Positions 48,203 to 57,465 of a DNA stretch of 64,000 nt are shown here, piece by piece. The notes beneath the pieces were generated by a model. It saw nothing but the letters and a program-made list of their open reading frames with translations, made no database searches and had not been told where the DNA came from. The stretch lies in IMG/VR virus record IMGVR_UViG_3300025646_000031, positions 6,462-70,461 of that record. The stretch is one strand, 5' to 3'. Position 1 is the first letter of the stretch. Every line of letters begins with the position of its first letter. A program made the translations under genes and the position numbers. This DNA comes from a virus.

Positions 48203-49634
48203 TTCTATTAAAATCACACCTGTAGATGAAGTCTTTTTGACAGTAGAGTGTGATGATGGTCTCGCAAGAGACTTATATGAATTCTTCTCTTTCACTGTAC
48301 CCAATGCAAAATTCATGCCGTCTTATAGAAATAAGTTTTGGGATGGTAAAGTTAGACTTTTTTCATTGAAAACTAAAAAGATTTACATAGGTTTATTGCC
48401 TTATGTAGATGAATTCTGCAAAGAGAGGGGCTTTAAACTTGAGGGTATCAATACAGTTTTAGGTGACAAAACCAAACTTTCAGATGAAGATATAGACTAC
48501 TTTGTCAAGTCACTTGACTTGCCATTTGAACCAAGAGATTATCAACTGGAAGCATTCAAATCCGTAGCGCAATATGGAAGACAACTACTTTTATCGCCAA
48601 CTGCAAGTGGTAAATCTCTGATTATATATCTTATTCTTAGATGGTTTGAGGGTGAAATGAGATTTACAAATAGTTGCAAGTCTATTGTTATTGTACCCAC
48701 AACTTCACTTGTAGAACAAATGGCGAAAGATTTTTCAGATTATGGTTATAAAGATAAGGTCTGTAAGATATATCACGGTCAAGAAGTCTTTGATGCACCT
48801 ATTACAATCACTACATGGCAATCATTCAGTAAAGCACCAAAAGAAGTACTTCAATCATTTGATGTTGTGATTGGTGACGAAGCACACTTATTCAAAGCAC
48901 AAACACTGAAAGGCATCTTAGAGAAGATGAAACATACTTCTGTAAGAGTGGGTACGACAGGTACACTAGATGGTACAGAAGTACATAGACTACAACTTGA
49001 AGGTTTATTTGGGCCTGTTAAAAGAGTTACAACCTCTGCACAACTTATAGAAGAAGGCACAATAGCTGCGATTGATATACAATGTATCATACTTCGTCAT
49101 ACTAAACAGTCTAAGATGAGTTACCAAGAAGAAATGGACTATCTTGTTTCTAATGAGAAACGAAATCAGTTTATAGTCAATCTTGTATCGTCTCTAAAAG
49201 GCAATACCCTAGTGTTATTTCAGTATGTAGAGAAACATGGTGAAGTTCTGTACCCTATGTTAAATGGTAGAGTAAAAGATTTACATTATGTTTACGGTGG
49301 TACTGATACAGATGATAGAGAAAAGGTCAGAGAGATCGTAGAGAAGTCTAAAGAAAGTGTCATATTAGCGTCATACGGTACATTCTCTACAGGTGTTAAT
49401 ATCAAACGAATCAATAACATTGTCTTTGCATCACCATCAAAGTCTCGTATAAGAAATCTACAGTCTATTGGGAGAGGTCTTAGGAAGTCAGAAGACAAAG
49501 ATAATATGAGACTGTTTGATATAGCTGATGATCTACAAACAGATAACTATACTTTAAGTCACTTAAAAGAAAGAATAAATACTTATAACGGAGAGAATTT
49601 TCCCTATGAGATTATTCAGTTTGATTTAAAGTAA
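48195..49634 (+). CDS. uvsW: DNA helicase UvsW
   Basis: WDGK.RLF, SPTASGKS, DEAH, TGT and QSIGRGLR motifs. Confidence 0.95.
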   Translation: MPNSIKITPVDEVFLTVECDDGLARDLYEFFSFTVPNAKFMPSYRNKFWDGKVRLFSLKTKKIYIGLLPYVDEFCKERGFKLEGINTVLGDKTKLSDEDIDYFVKSLDLPFEPRDYQLEAFKSVAQYGRQLLLSPTASGKSLIIYLILRWFEGEMRFTNSCKSIVIVPTTSLVEQMAKDFSDYGYKDKVCKIYHGQEVFDAPITITTWQSFSKAPKEVLQSFDVVIGDEAHLFKAQTLKGILEKMKHTSVRVGTTGTLDGTEVHRLQLEGLFGPVKRVTTSAQLIEEGTIAAIDIQCIILRHTKQSKMSYQEEMDYLVSNEKRNQFIVNLVSSLKGNTLVLFQYVEKHGEVLYPMLNGRVKDLHYVYGGTDTDDREKVREIVEKSKESVILASYGTFSTGVNIKRINNIVFASPSKSRIRNLQSIGRGLRKSEDKDNMRLFDIADDLQTDNYTLSHLKERINTYNGENFPYEIIQFDLK

Positions 49635-50128
49635 TGGCAACACCAAGAGATTTACTACCAACAAAATACGAAGTTCTAAGATTACGAAACGGAATTGAAA
49701 TCTGTGGTATGACTAGAGACACAGGTGCAAAAATTGTAATTACTTTACCTATGATCTGTAGACTTTCTGCACCATCTAGAAAAGAAACTCTAGCAACTTT
49801 CTATCCATATGCACCTTTAACTTCTGATTATAATATAGAGTTTCCTTATGATTACATTGTTCATAGAAACAATATGAACACACAATACATTCCTTTTTAT
49901 GATGAAGCATCTTCTCAATGGATGTCAATGATTGAAAATAATAGTATACCATTAATTGATCCAAAAGAATTCACAAAAGCAAAAGATTATATGGATGATG
50001 TTTTACAAACAGTCATTGACGATATGAGAAAAAATCGTTTAGAAGATGAAGATCATCTTTACTATGAAGATCATTATGAAGAGTTTGAAAGATTAAAAAC
50101 TCCTAAAGATAAGAAAAAGATTCATTAG
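49634..50128 (+). CDS. Hypothetical protein at the conserved position after uvsW
   Basis: VLRL.NG.EI.G N-terminus (Sm-like pattern); ends KKKIH. Confidence 0.65.
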   Translation: MATPRDLLPTKYEVLRLRNGIEICGMTRDTGAKIVITLPMICRLSAPSRKETLATFYPYAPLTSDYNIEFPYDYIVHRNNMNTQYIPFYDEASSQWMSMIENNSIPLIDPKEFTKAKDYMDDVLQTVIDDMRKNRLEDEDHLYYEDHYEEFERLKTPKDKKKIH

Positions 50129-50203
50129 GATTATTTTCTTTATAAATAATCGCCGTATAACAAGGTGTTATATCAAATTATTAATGGAGTTTATAATACT
50201 AAA

Positions 50204-50347
50204 ATGACTGAATTGGTCGCAAAATTATCAAAGTTAAATAGAAAAAGAAAACAAGTCTCTCAAGCAGATGTGATTGAGGGATTAGAAGTAATGTTATTAC
50301 TTTCAATATTCGTAACATGCACATACGCTGTTGCACCCATAATATAA
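50204..50347 (+). CDS. Small membrane peptide 1 (47 aa)
   Basis: TATAAATA at 50141 and GGAG upstream; basic N-terminus with a C-terminal hydrophobic helix. Confidence 0.55.
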   Translation: MTELVAKLSKLNRKRKQVSQADVIEGLEVMLLLSIFVTCTYAVAPII

Positions 50348-50457
50348 TGAGAAAGTTAGAAACATGGGAAAAGGAAAATCTCCTTATGGCAGCTACTCTA
50401 CTTGTATTGATGAACACATTCTTAGTAGGGTTCTTTCATTTTGCTAACATAGCATGA
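50347..50457 (+). CDS. Small membrane peptide 2 (36 aa); not in the ORF track
   Basis: MRKLETWEKENLLMAATLLVLMNTFLVGFFHFANIA; TAATG and ATGA overlaps with its neighbours. Confidence 0.55.
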   Translation: MRKLETWEKENLLMAATLLVLMNTFLVGFFHFANIA

Positions 50458-50642
50458 GTGATCTAAATACTAATAAAGTATTGCAAGCAATCAATTTGTC
50501 TCCTCCTCTAAACGAAAACTTTTTTGATAAGTTAGAGAAGATGCATCCGATGAGACAGATTGTATATGCTACTATACTGCAGATTGTTGTATTTGGGTCT
50601 ATGATGTTGATATTTTATCTACTACATCTATTATTAGGATAG
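50454..50642 (+). CDS. Small membrane peptide 3 (62 aa)
   Basis: C-terminal hydrophobic helix; ATGA coupling. Confidence 0.6.
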   Translation: MSDLNTNKVLQAINLSPPLNENFFDKLEKMHPMRQIVYATILQIVVFGSMMLIFYLLHLLLG

Positions 50643-50773
50643 CTTCTTAACCGCAACATAGTTATGTTAACATATGGATCTTAATCCGTAAACCTATTTT
50701 TTACAAAAAAGTTAAATCAATAAATACCTAAAAACCCCTTGTAGAAATAAGGGTTTTGGTGTATTATCCATAC

Positions 50774-51331
50774 ATGACTACAAAAAAACAAAATGAACAT
50801 TATGTAAACAACAAAGAGTTTACAGAAGCAGTCGCTGAGTATTCTGAAGCAGTCCGTCTTGCAGAGACTAAAGGTAAAGATTTACCAAGAATGTCTGAGT
50901 ACATAGGAGAGTGTATCTATAAGATCGCAACAAGACTATCTACTCGCCCTAATTTTATCAATTACACTTACCGAGACGAAATGATTTGTGATGCAATTGA
51001 AAACTGCATTCAATATATCGGTAACTTCAATAGAGAAAAGTCAGATAATGCATTCGCATATATTACTCAGATTTGTTATTACGCCTTTCTAAGACGAATT
51101 CAAAAAGAAAAGAAACAAGTTTATATTAAACAGAAATCTATAGAAGAGTCAGGCATTACAATGGATGCCTTCGATACCTTTGATGGAACTCATGATCCAA
51201 ATCTTATCAATACCAATATTGAATGGATGCAAGATAACATGACTCGTGTTGAGTATGAACCTAGAAAGTCAAAAAGACAAAAAAAACAATCAAAACATAA
51301 TTTAGAAAACTTTACAGACGAAGAATGTTAA
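50774..51331 (+). CDS. gp55: Late transcription sigma factor gp55
   Basis: HYVNNKEF, NF.NYTYRDEMI.D.IEN and AFAY.TQI.YYAFLRRI.KEKKQ motifs. Confidence 0.95.
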   Translation: MTTKKQNEHYVNNKEFTEAVAEYSEAVRLAETKGKDLPRMSEYIGECIYKIATRLSTRPNFINYTYRDEMICDAIENCIQYIGNFNREKSDNAFAYITQICYYAFLRRIQKEKKQVYIKQKSIEESGITMDAFDTFDGTHDPNLINTNIEWMQDNMTRVEYEPRKSKRQKKQSKHNLENFTDEEC

Positions 51332-52392
51332 TAGCCATATTGAACGACACACATTGTGGAGTTCGTGGAGATATGATAGAAATGGCCAGATATCAAGGCC
51401 GATTCTATAACGAAATTTTCTTTCCATATCTAGACGAACACAACATCAAACACATTATTCATCTAGGTGATTACTTTGATCGTAGAAAGTTTATCAACTT
51501 TGCTTCTATGAAAGCGAACATCAAACACTTCATAGAACCTATGACAGAAAGAGGCATTACTATGGACCTCATCATAGGAAATCACGACACTTATTATAAG
51601 AACACTAATGATGTGAATGCACCTGAGTTGTTATTGTACAATCAACCTAATGTAAATGTTATCGCAGAATGTAAAGTCAAAGAGTATGATGGATTTAATA
51701 TCGCACTTGTACCTTGGATTAATAATGAGAACTATGCAGACTCAGTTGAGTTTTTACAATCTGCAAATGCATCATGGTGTATGGGACACTTTGAGTTTGA
51801 AGGTGCGGTTATGCAACCTGGTATGACCTGTCAACATGGTTTAGATCACTCATATGTGAAGAGATTCGATAAAGTACTCAGTGGACATTTTCATCATAAG
51901 TCAGAGTTTGCAAATGTTAGATATCTAGGATCACAAATGCAGTTCACTTGGTCAGACTTTGGTGATAACAAATACTTTCATATATTCAATACAGAGACAC
52001 AAGAGATTACACCTGTAATTAATCCACTTACAATGTTTGAAAAGGTGTTCTATGATGATACAAACGAAACTTTTGAAACTATTAGTAATAAAGATTATTC
52101 AAATGTAACAGGAAAGTTTACTAAGATTATTGTAGTTAATAAAGATAATCCATACTGGTTTGATACATTCTTAGATAAAGTGCATGGTAATACTCCACTT
52201 CATGTATCAGTGGTAGATGATAATAAACACATGGACTGGTTGAATGACGAAGACATGGGTGAAGTTGAAGACACGCTCACCATTTTAACCAAGTATATTG
52301 ATGGTTTAGATATACAAGGAAAGAAAAAACCACTTTCAGAATTAATGACCTCATTATACCATGAAGCACTTGATGAACATAATTACTTATGA
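51325..52392 (+). CDS. gp47: Recombination endonuclease subunit gp47 (Mre11-like)
   Basis: DTH.G, HLGD.FD.R, GNHD and SGHFH motifs. Confidence 0.95.
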   Translation: MLIAILNDTHCGVRGDMIEMARYQGRFYNEIFFPYLDEHNIKHIIHLGDYFDRRKFINFASMKANIKHFIEPMTERGITMDLIIGNHDTYYKNTNDVNAPELLLYNQPNVNVIAECKVKEYDGFNIALVPWINNENYADSVEFLQSANASWCMGHFEFEGAVMQPGMTCQHGLDHSYVKRFDKVLSGHFHHKSEFANVRYLGSQMQFTWSDFGDNKYFHIFNTETQEITPVINPLTMFEKVFYDDTNETFETISNKDYSNVTGKFTKIIVVNKDNPYWFDTFLDKVHGNTPLHVSVVDDNKHMDWLNDEDMGEVEDTLTILTKYIDGLDIQGKKKPLSELMTSLYHEALDEHNYL

Positions 52393-54107
52393 TAGTATTT
52401 AAAAAAGTTAGATATAAAAACTTATTGTCTTCTGGCAATAAGTTTACAGAAATACAATTAGACAAACATCAAACAACCTTAATTCTAGGTGAAAATGGTG
52501 CAGGTAAGTCTACATTACTTGATGCAATGTGTTTCGCACTTTATGGCAAAGGTTTTCGTAATCTTAAAAAAGAACTACTTATTAATTCAATTAATCAAAA
52601 AGAACTTCTAGTAGAACTAGAGTTTTCTATTGGCAAAAAAACTTATAAAGTTATTCGTGGTGCAAAACCAAATAGATTTGAGTTGTACTTGAATAATACT
52701 TTAATCAACCAAGATGCAACTATGAGAGACTATCAGGAACATTTAGAGAAGAACATTCTCAAAATGAGTTATAGATCGTTTACTCAGATTGCTATTTTGG
52801 GTTCTGCAAACTTCACACCTTTCATGCAACTTCGTGCTGTAGAAAGAAGAAGACTTGTAGAAGACCTACTAGATATCTCAATCTTTAGTACAATGGGAGA
52901 CATTCTAAAGAAAAGGATTTCTAGTCACAACATTGAAGTGAAAGAAACTAATCATGAAATCGATATTCTGGAAGAAAGAATCAGCGGTCTTAATGAACAA
53001 CTTAATGCACTCCGTGAGAATCGTGAACAGAAACTTAAAAAGTTTGAAGGGACTGTTGATGAAACAAATAAAAACATTGACTCACTCATGGAGAGAATAA
53101 ATGAAAAGACGAAAGATGTGGTGGAGAAAAAATCCACTATCAAGGATATCGATCCTCAAAAAGATCGACTTAAACAAGCAGTGGAGTTGGAGAGAAAGCT
53201 CTCGGAAAATTATTCTAAAGCACGGAAGCAAATAGAATTCTACGAATCAAATGATGAATGTCCAACATGTAAACAAGGTTTAGATGAAGAACATAAGAAA
53301 TCTCATATCAAAGAGATTAACGATAAAGCAATTGAGTTTCAACATGCCATGGAACAAATATCAGAAACGATAAATGAGGCAAAAAATAGACTAGAAGAAA
53401 TTCAACAAGTACAGGATGAAATTGATACAATACAAAAGAAGATTGGTATACTTCAAACTGAGATTATATCCAATCAAAAGTTCATTCAAAAGATTCAGAA
53501 AGAAATAGAAGACTTGAAGAATGAACAAAGTGGCAATTCTAATGTACAAGAGAGAATAGATGATAGTGAAGATAAGTTGGATATCTTACATAAAAAGAAA
53601 AAAAACTTAGTTGAACAAGGACATTATTTCGAAATAGGTCAGATGTTACTAAGAGATCAAGGCGTCAAACAGAAGATCATCAAACAGTATGTTCCTATTA
53701 TGAACAAGTTGATCAATAAGTACCTTGCATCTTTAGAGTTCTATGTTGGGTTTGAATTAAATGAGGCATTCGAAGAGACTATCAAGTCCAGATTCAGAGA
53801 CGAATTCAAGTATGATAACTTCTCACAAGGTGAAAAGATGAGAATCGACCTTGCACTTCTATTCACATGGAGAGCAGTTGCAAGAATGAAGAACTCAGTA
53901 AACACCAATCTATTGATATTAGACGAAGTATTTGATTCATCACTTGACACACAAGGAACAGACGACTTCTTAAAATTATTAAACACCTTGACAGAAAAGA
54001 CAAATGCATTTATTATAAGTCATAAAGGAGATGCTCTGTATGACAAATTCAATGATACCATTAGATTTGAGAAGTATAAAAATTTCTCTAGGGTTGCAGA
54101 GACATAA
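52389..54107 (+). CDS. gp46: Recombination ATPase gp46 (Rad50-like)
   Basis: GENGAGKST, CPTC zinc hook, FSQGEK, LILDEVFD and ISH motifs. Confidence 0.96.
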   Translation: MIVFKKVRYKNLLSSGNKFTEIQLDKHQTTLILGENGAGKSTLLDAMCFALYGKGFRNLKKELLINSINQKELLVELEFSIGKKTYKVIRGAKPNRFELYLNNTLINQDATMRDYQEHLEKNILKMSYRSFTQIAILGSANFTPFMQLRAVERRRLVEDLLDISIFSTMGDILKKRISSHNIEVKETNHEIDILEERISGLNEQLNALRENREQKLKKFEGTVDETNKNIDSLMERINEKTKDVVEKKSTIKDIDPQKDRLKQAVELERKLSENYSKARKQIEFYESNDECPTCKQGLDEEHKKSHIKEINDKAIEFQHAMEQISETINEAKNRLEEIQQVQDEIDTIQKKIGILQTEIISNQKFIQKIQKEIEDLKNEQSGNSNVQERIDDSEDKLDILHKKKKNLVEQGHYFEIGQMLLRDQGVKQKIIKQYVPIMNKLINKYLASLEFYVGFELNEAFEETIKSRFRDEFKYDNFSQGEKMRIDLALLFTWRAVARMKNSVNTNLLILDEVFDSSLDTQGTDDFLKLLNTLTEKTNAFIISHKGDALYDKFNDTIRFEKYKNFSRVAET

Positions 54108-54115
54108 ATAGTAGT

Positions 54116-55501
54116 ATGAAAAGTTTTTCAGAGTTCAATAATATACCAACCAAGTTAGACTTACCGAAAGTTCAACTTCGTGAGTTAACAGTTTCTCCAT
54201 ACTACACACAAAGAGGTCAAGCGAACCCATACTACGACCTAGACATTAAATTAGATGTAGTACAACAAACAGTAGGCAAAGGTGAGATTAAATTTAGAAA
54301 TGTTGAGAACCCTAGTGGTCAAGAACTATTATCAATCGGTAATGGAAAGTATTTCTTTCAAATAGAACTAGACGGAAAAGAAACACCTTACTATGTCAGA
54401 ACAACCAAGTCTGCAGTTAAAAGTCATTTTGGTATGAAACAAAGAAAAAATTCTACTGCTTCTTCAAATGTCAATGAATTATTAACTGTATATTTTCTTT
54501 TGCACACAAATGAATTAAAAATGGATGCTAAAGAATGGGAGTTAACAGTTACCAAAAAGAGTGGCGCTACAGGTGTTTTACTTGGTGATGGTGGCAAACT
54601 TACTTACGATCAATTGATATCTTTATTAGATGAAGATGAAACTGCTGAAAGAGACATAAAAATTGGTATGTCAAATGCAGTTGCTGTGTTAAATGATCTT
54701 GCAGGTAGTTCTATAAAGAATGTCTACTGGACACCTAGAGCAAAACCAGGTGGTATAAGTAAGAATAATCCTTCAGATGTAATAGTAGAAACTGATGCAG
54801 GTTTCATAGGATATTCAAACAAGATATCTGCTGGAAAAGATATGACTCCTAAAATGAATGCATCTATTGTTGCTCAGTTTGAAAAACTAGGAGATAGTAG
54901 ACAAATCAAAACAATTCAGAATTTTATAGACAACTCCTTGGACTTTGCTATATCTAACATTAAAGATAAGACAGTTAAAAAAGAAGTTGTTGTAAAATTT
55001 CAATCAGCTTTACATAGAGACAAATACACTGAAAGCGGTTCTAAGAAAAACTTTCATGCATTAGGAGTATTATTTACTACAAACAATCTTAATTTTTATG
55101 CAGACGATTTTTACTATCCTTTCAGAAACAATCTTATTTCTCTAGTATCTAAACATTTTAGTAATTCTACAAACTTATTGTACATGTTGAACACAATGGG
55201 ATACTACACATATCCAGATGCGAACTCTACTCCATGTCCATACAAATTATTAATAGGTTCAGAAAGTAAATCAACAATCAAAGATGTTGGTTCAAACGAA
55301 GAACTGAGAGCATTATTTTTAAACAAAGACGCCAGAAAATTGACAGGTATTAAAGTTGACTATACACAAGGTCAACAATCGTTTAGAGTTTCTTTTACAT
55401 TCAATAGAAAAAGTTATACATTGCCCATAACACTAAGAACAAGAAGTGCTGGTGGTTGGGCAGGAAAAGCACTATACATGTCATCATCAGGAATAATATA
55501 A
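54116..55501 (+). CDS. Hypothetical late protein, possible PD-(D/E)xK nuclease fold
   Basis: CATAAATA promoter at 54103; MKSFSEF leader; NE...PSDVIV......GYSNK pattern. Confidence 0.5.
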   Translation: MKSFSEFNNIPTKLDLPKVQLRELTVSPYYTQRGQANPYYDLDIKLDVVQQTVGKGEIKFRNVENPSGQELLSIGNGKYFFQIELDGKETPYYVRTTKSAVKSHFGMKQRKNSTASSNVNELLTVYFLLHTNELKMDAKEWELTVTKKSGATGVLLGDGGKLTYDQLISLLDEDETAERDIKIGMSNAVAVLNDLAGSSIKNVYWTPRAKPGGISKNNPSDVIVETDAGFIGYSNKISAGKDMTPKMNASIVAQFEKLGDSRQIKTIQNFIDNSLDFAISNIKDKTVKKEVVVKFQSALHRDKYTESGSKKNFHALGVLFTTNNLNFYADDFYYPFRNNLISLVSKHFSNSTNLLYMLNTMGYYTYPDANSTPCPYKLLIGSESKSTIKDVGSNEELRALFLNKDARKLTGIKVDYTQGQQSFRVSFTFNRKSYTLPITLRTRSAGGWAGKALYMSSSGII

Positions 55502-56130
55502 TGTATCAATTAGTAGAAGAAGCAAGTAAAGTATTACGAACACCACCAGAGTTATTTGACTTTGAGAAAGACGGAGATAAGGCACAAGAGATTGCCGATA
55601 AGATGTCTGAAGCAATGATCAAGTTTGGTGGTATAGGATTGTCTGCAAATCAGGTAGGTTTGAATTATAGAATGTTTGTGATGAAAACAGAAGATAAGGG
55701 CATCGTACCTTTCTTCAATCCAGAACTCACAAGAGTATCACAAGATACTGATATGATGAAAGAGGGTTGTTTATCATTTCCAGATATCTATTTAATGATT
55801 ACTAGATCAAAAGTGATTGAACTTAAGTATCAAGATGTAAAGGGCGAAGAACATACACTTATGTTGAATGGACTTGCAGCTAGATGTGTACAACATGAAA
55901 TAGATCACTTAAACGGAATACTGTTTTTACAAAGAGCCTCTAGATTGAAACTTGAGAGAGCATTGAAAGCAAGACCAAAAGAACAAAAGAAAAGAATTGA
56001 ATTTGAAAAAAGAATGGCAATTGCCAAATATCTTAAAAAGATAGAAGATGAAAAGGCACAAAAGAATGAATCAAAAAGTGAAGTTCCAGATCCTGTCAGT
56101 GAAACAATCACTGAGTCTACAGGAAGCTAA
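55501..56130 (+). CDS. def: Peptide deformylase
   Basis: GIGLSANQVG, EGCLSFP and QHEIDHLNG motifs; ATG at 55501 overlaps the upstream stop. Confidence 0.95.
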   Translation: MYQLVEEASKVLRTPPELFDFEKDGDKAQEIADKMSEAMIKFGGIGLSANQVGLNYRMFVMKTEDKGIVPFFNPELTRVSQDTDMMKEGCLSFPDIYLMITRSKVIELKYQDVKGEEHTLMLNGLAARCVQHEIDHLNGILFLQRASRLKLERALKARPKEQKKRIEFEKRMAIAKYLKKIEDEKAQKNESKSEVPDPVSETITESTGS

Positions 56131-56695
56131 ATCTGTAATAGATTACCATATTGCAAATAAACATCTTAGATCGATAGGTGACGGTTCGGATTATCGTGCA
56201 ATCAACAAAATTCATATAAAGAAACTTCACATTAGAGACATACTTAACCGATTGGAACAGATTGCAATCGGCGAAATTAAAAAACATACAGACGATACAG
56301 TATTCACCGAAATGTGTAATATAACTGAATGGTCTATCGGTGGTGTTCAAGAACCACATACAGATTTATATTCATCACATGAACTAAGAAATGAGGTCGA
56401 AAATGACGGTTCTCGTGCATGGACAGCAATCATATATCTAAATACTAATTATCGTGGTGGTAGAACATACTTTCCAAAATCTCAATACAATCCAGTAGAA
56501 TACATACATAATCCACAACCACAGGAGATGATTCTCTTTGAAGGCATACATCATTTACACGGTGTAGAAAAAGTTCGTGGCAACAGTCGTCATACTATTG
56601 CAATCTGGTTCACCAAAAATCCTAAAAAGATAATGACTGATTTGATCACAGAGGATTTAAGTTTAGATCAAATTTCATTGAGATATCCTAAATGA
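56048..56695 (+). CDS. 2OG-Fe(II) oxygenase (start uncertain)
   Basis: H-T-D, IIYLN..Y.GG.T.F and HGV..V.G..R.TI..W motifs. Confidence 0.85.
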   Translation: MKRHKRMNQKVKFQILSVKQSLSLQEAKSVIDYHIANKHLRSIGDGSDYRAINKIHIKKLHIRDILNRLEQIAIGEIKKHTDDTVFTEMCNITEWSIGGVQEPHTDLYSSHELRNEVENDGSRAWTAIIYLNTNYRGGRTYFPKSQYNPVEYIHNPQPQEMILFEGIHHLHGVEKVRGNSRHTIAIWFTKNPKKIMTDLITEDLSLDQISLRYPK

Positions 56696-57126
56696 TAGAT
56701 TTTTATGATGGCAATATCAACTCATTACTCGAATGGATAAAAACAGGCAAATACGAAACAGAAAATGCACCTGAACCATATTGGTCTTGGGTCTATGAAA
56801 GGTTGCCTGTAAAGTCAAACATTACACATGGTGTAGGGAAAATGAATGAACAATCTCCATATTTTGGTGATTGGTCTATACCATATCCACATGTACATAC
56901 ACGAAGTATGAAGTGGGATTCAAGAGTCTTCACCATTCTCACATATCTTGTTGCACCAGAAAAGGGTGGTGAGTTTGCATTAGGCGGTTTAAGTCCTAAT
57001 GATCCATATCAAGATATCACAATCAAACCTGGACTTACCATAGGTTCTTATGCAAATGTATGGCATGGGGTAAGACCAGTTCTTAAAGGCGAAAGAATCG
57101 TACTATTTACGATAGGTCATCCCTAA
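56692..57126 (+). CDS. Small 2OG-Fe(II) oxygenase-like protein
   Basis: PHVH, TYL..PE.GGE and WHGV.PV..G.R motifs. Confidence 0.75.
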   Translation: MIDFYDGNINSLLEWIKTGKYETENAPEPYWSWVYERLPVKSNITHGVGKMNEQSPYFGDWSIPYPHVHTRSMKWDSRVFTILTYLVAPEKGGEFALGGLSPNDPYQDITIKPGLTIGSYANVWHGVRPVLKGERIVLFTIGHP

Positions 57127-57155
57127 ACCATTGATCCTATAAGGTTTTTTAGGGG

Positions 57156-57185
57156 TTGACAATAGACCTCTTTTTTTGTTATCCT
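57156..57185 (+). promoter_or_regulatory. Early sigma70-type promoter
   Basis: TTGACA-18 nt-TATCCT; near copies at 57430 and 60074. Confidence 0.75.
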
Positions 57186-57219
57186 ATTCACATGATGAGA
57201 AATAAAAAAGGAGATATAA

Positions 57220-57423
57220 ATGTCACATCCAAATAATCAAGCACTTGCAGACAGAGCTGTAGATGATGCAGTAGAACTGGTTGCAAGTTTCAGTGATAAT
57301 AAAGTAAAACAAGTTCTTCACCTTAACTATGGAGTTAGGGATGGTGATAGAGACGACCTAATAGAATTCATTGCAAATGATTTCTTCTACGACTACATGA
57401 ATGCCCCTACACCAGTTGGTTGA
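57220..57423 (+). CDS. Hypothetical early protein
   Basis: AAGGAG SD; 67 aa. Confidence 0.7.
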   Translation: MSHPNNQALADRAVDDAVELVASFSDNKVKQVLHLNYGVRDGDRDDLIEFIANDFFYDYMNAPTPVG

Positions 57424-57429
57424 TAGGGG

Positions 57430-57459
57430 TTGACAATAGACCACATTTTTTGATACCAT
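57430..57459 (+). promoter_or_regulatory. Early sigma70-type promoter
   Basis: TTGACA-18 nt-TACCAT. Confidence 0.75.
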
Positions 57460-57465
57460 TATATT

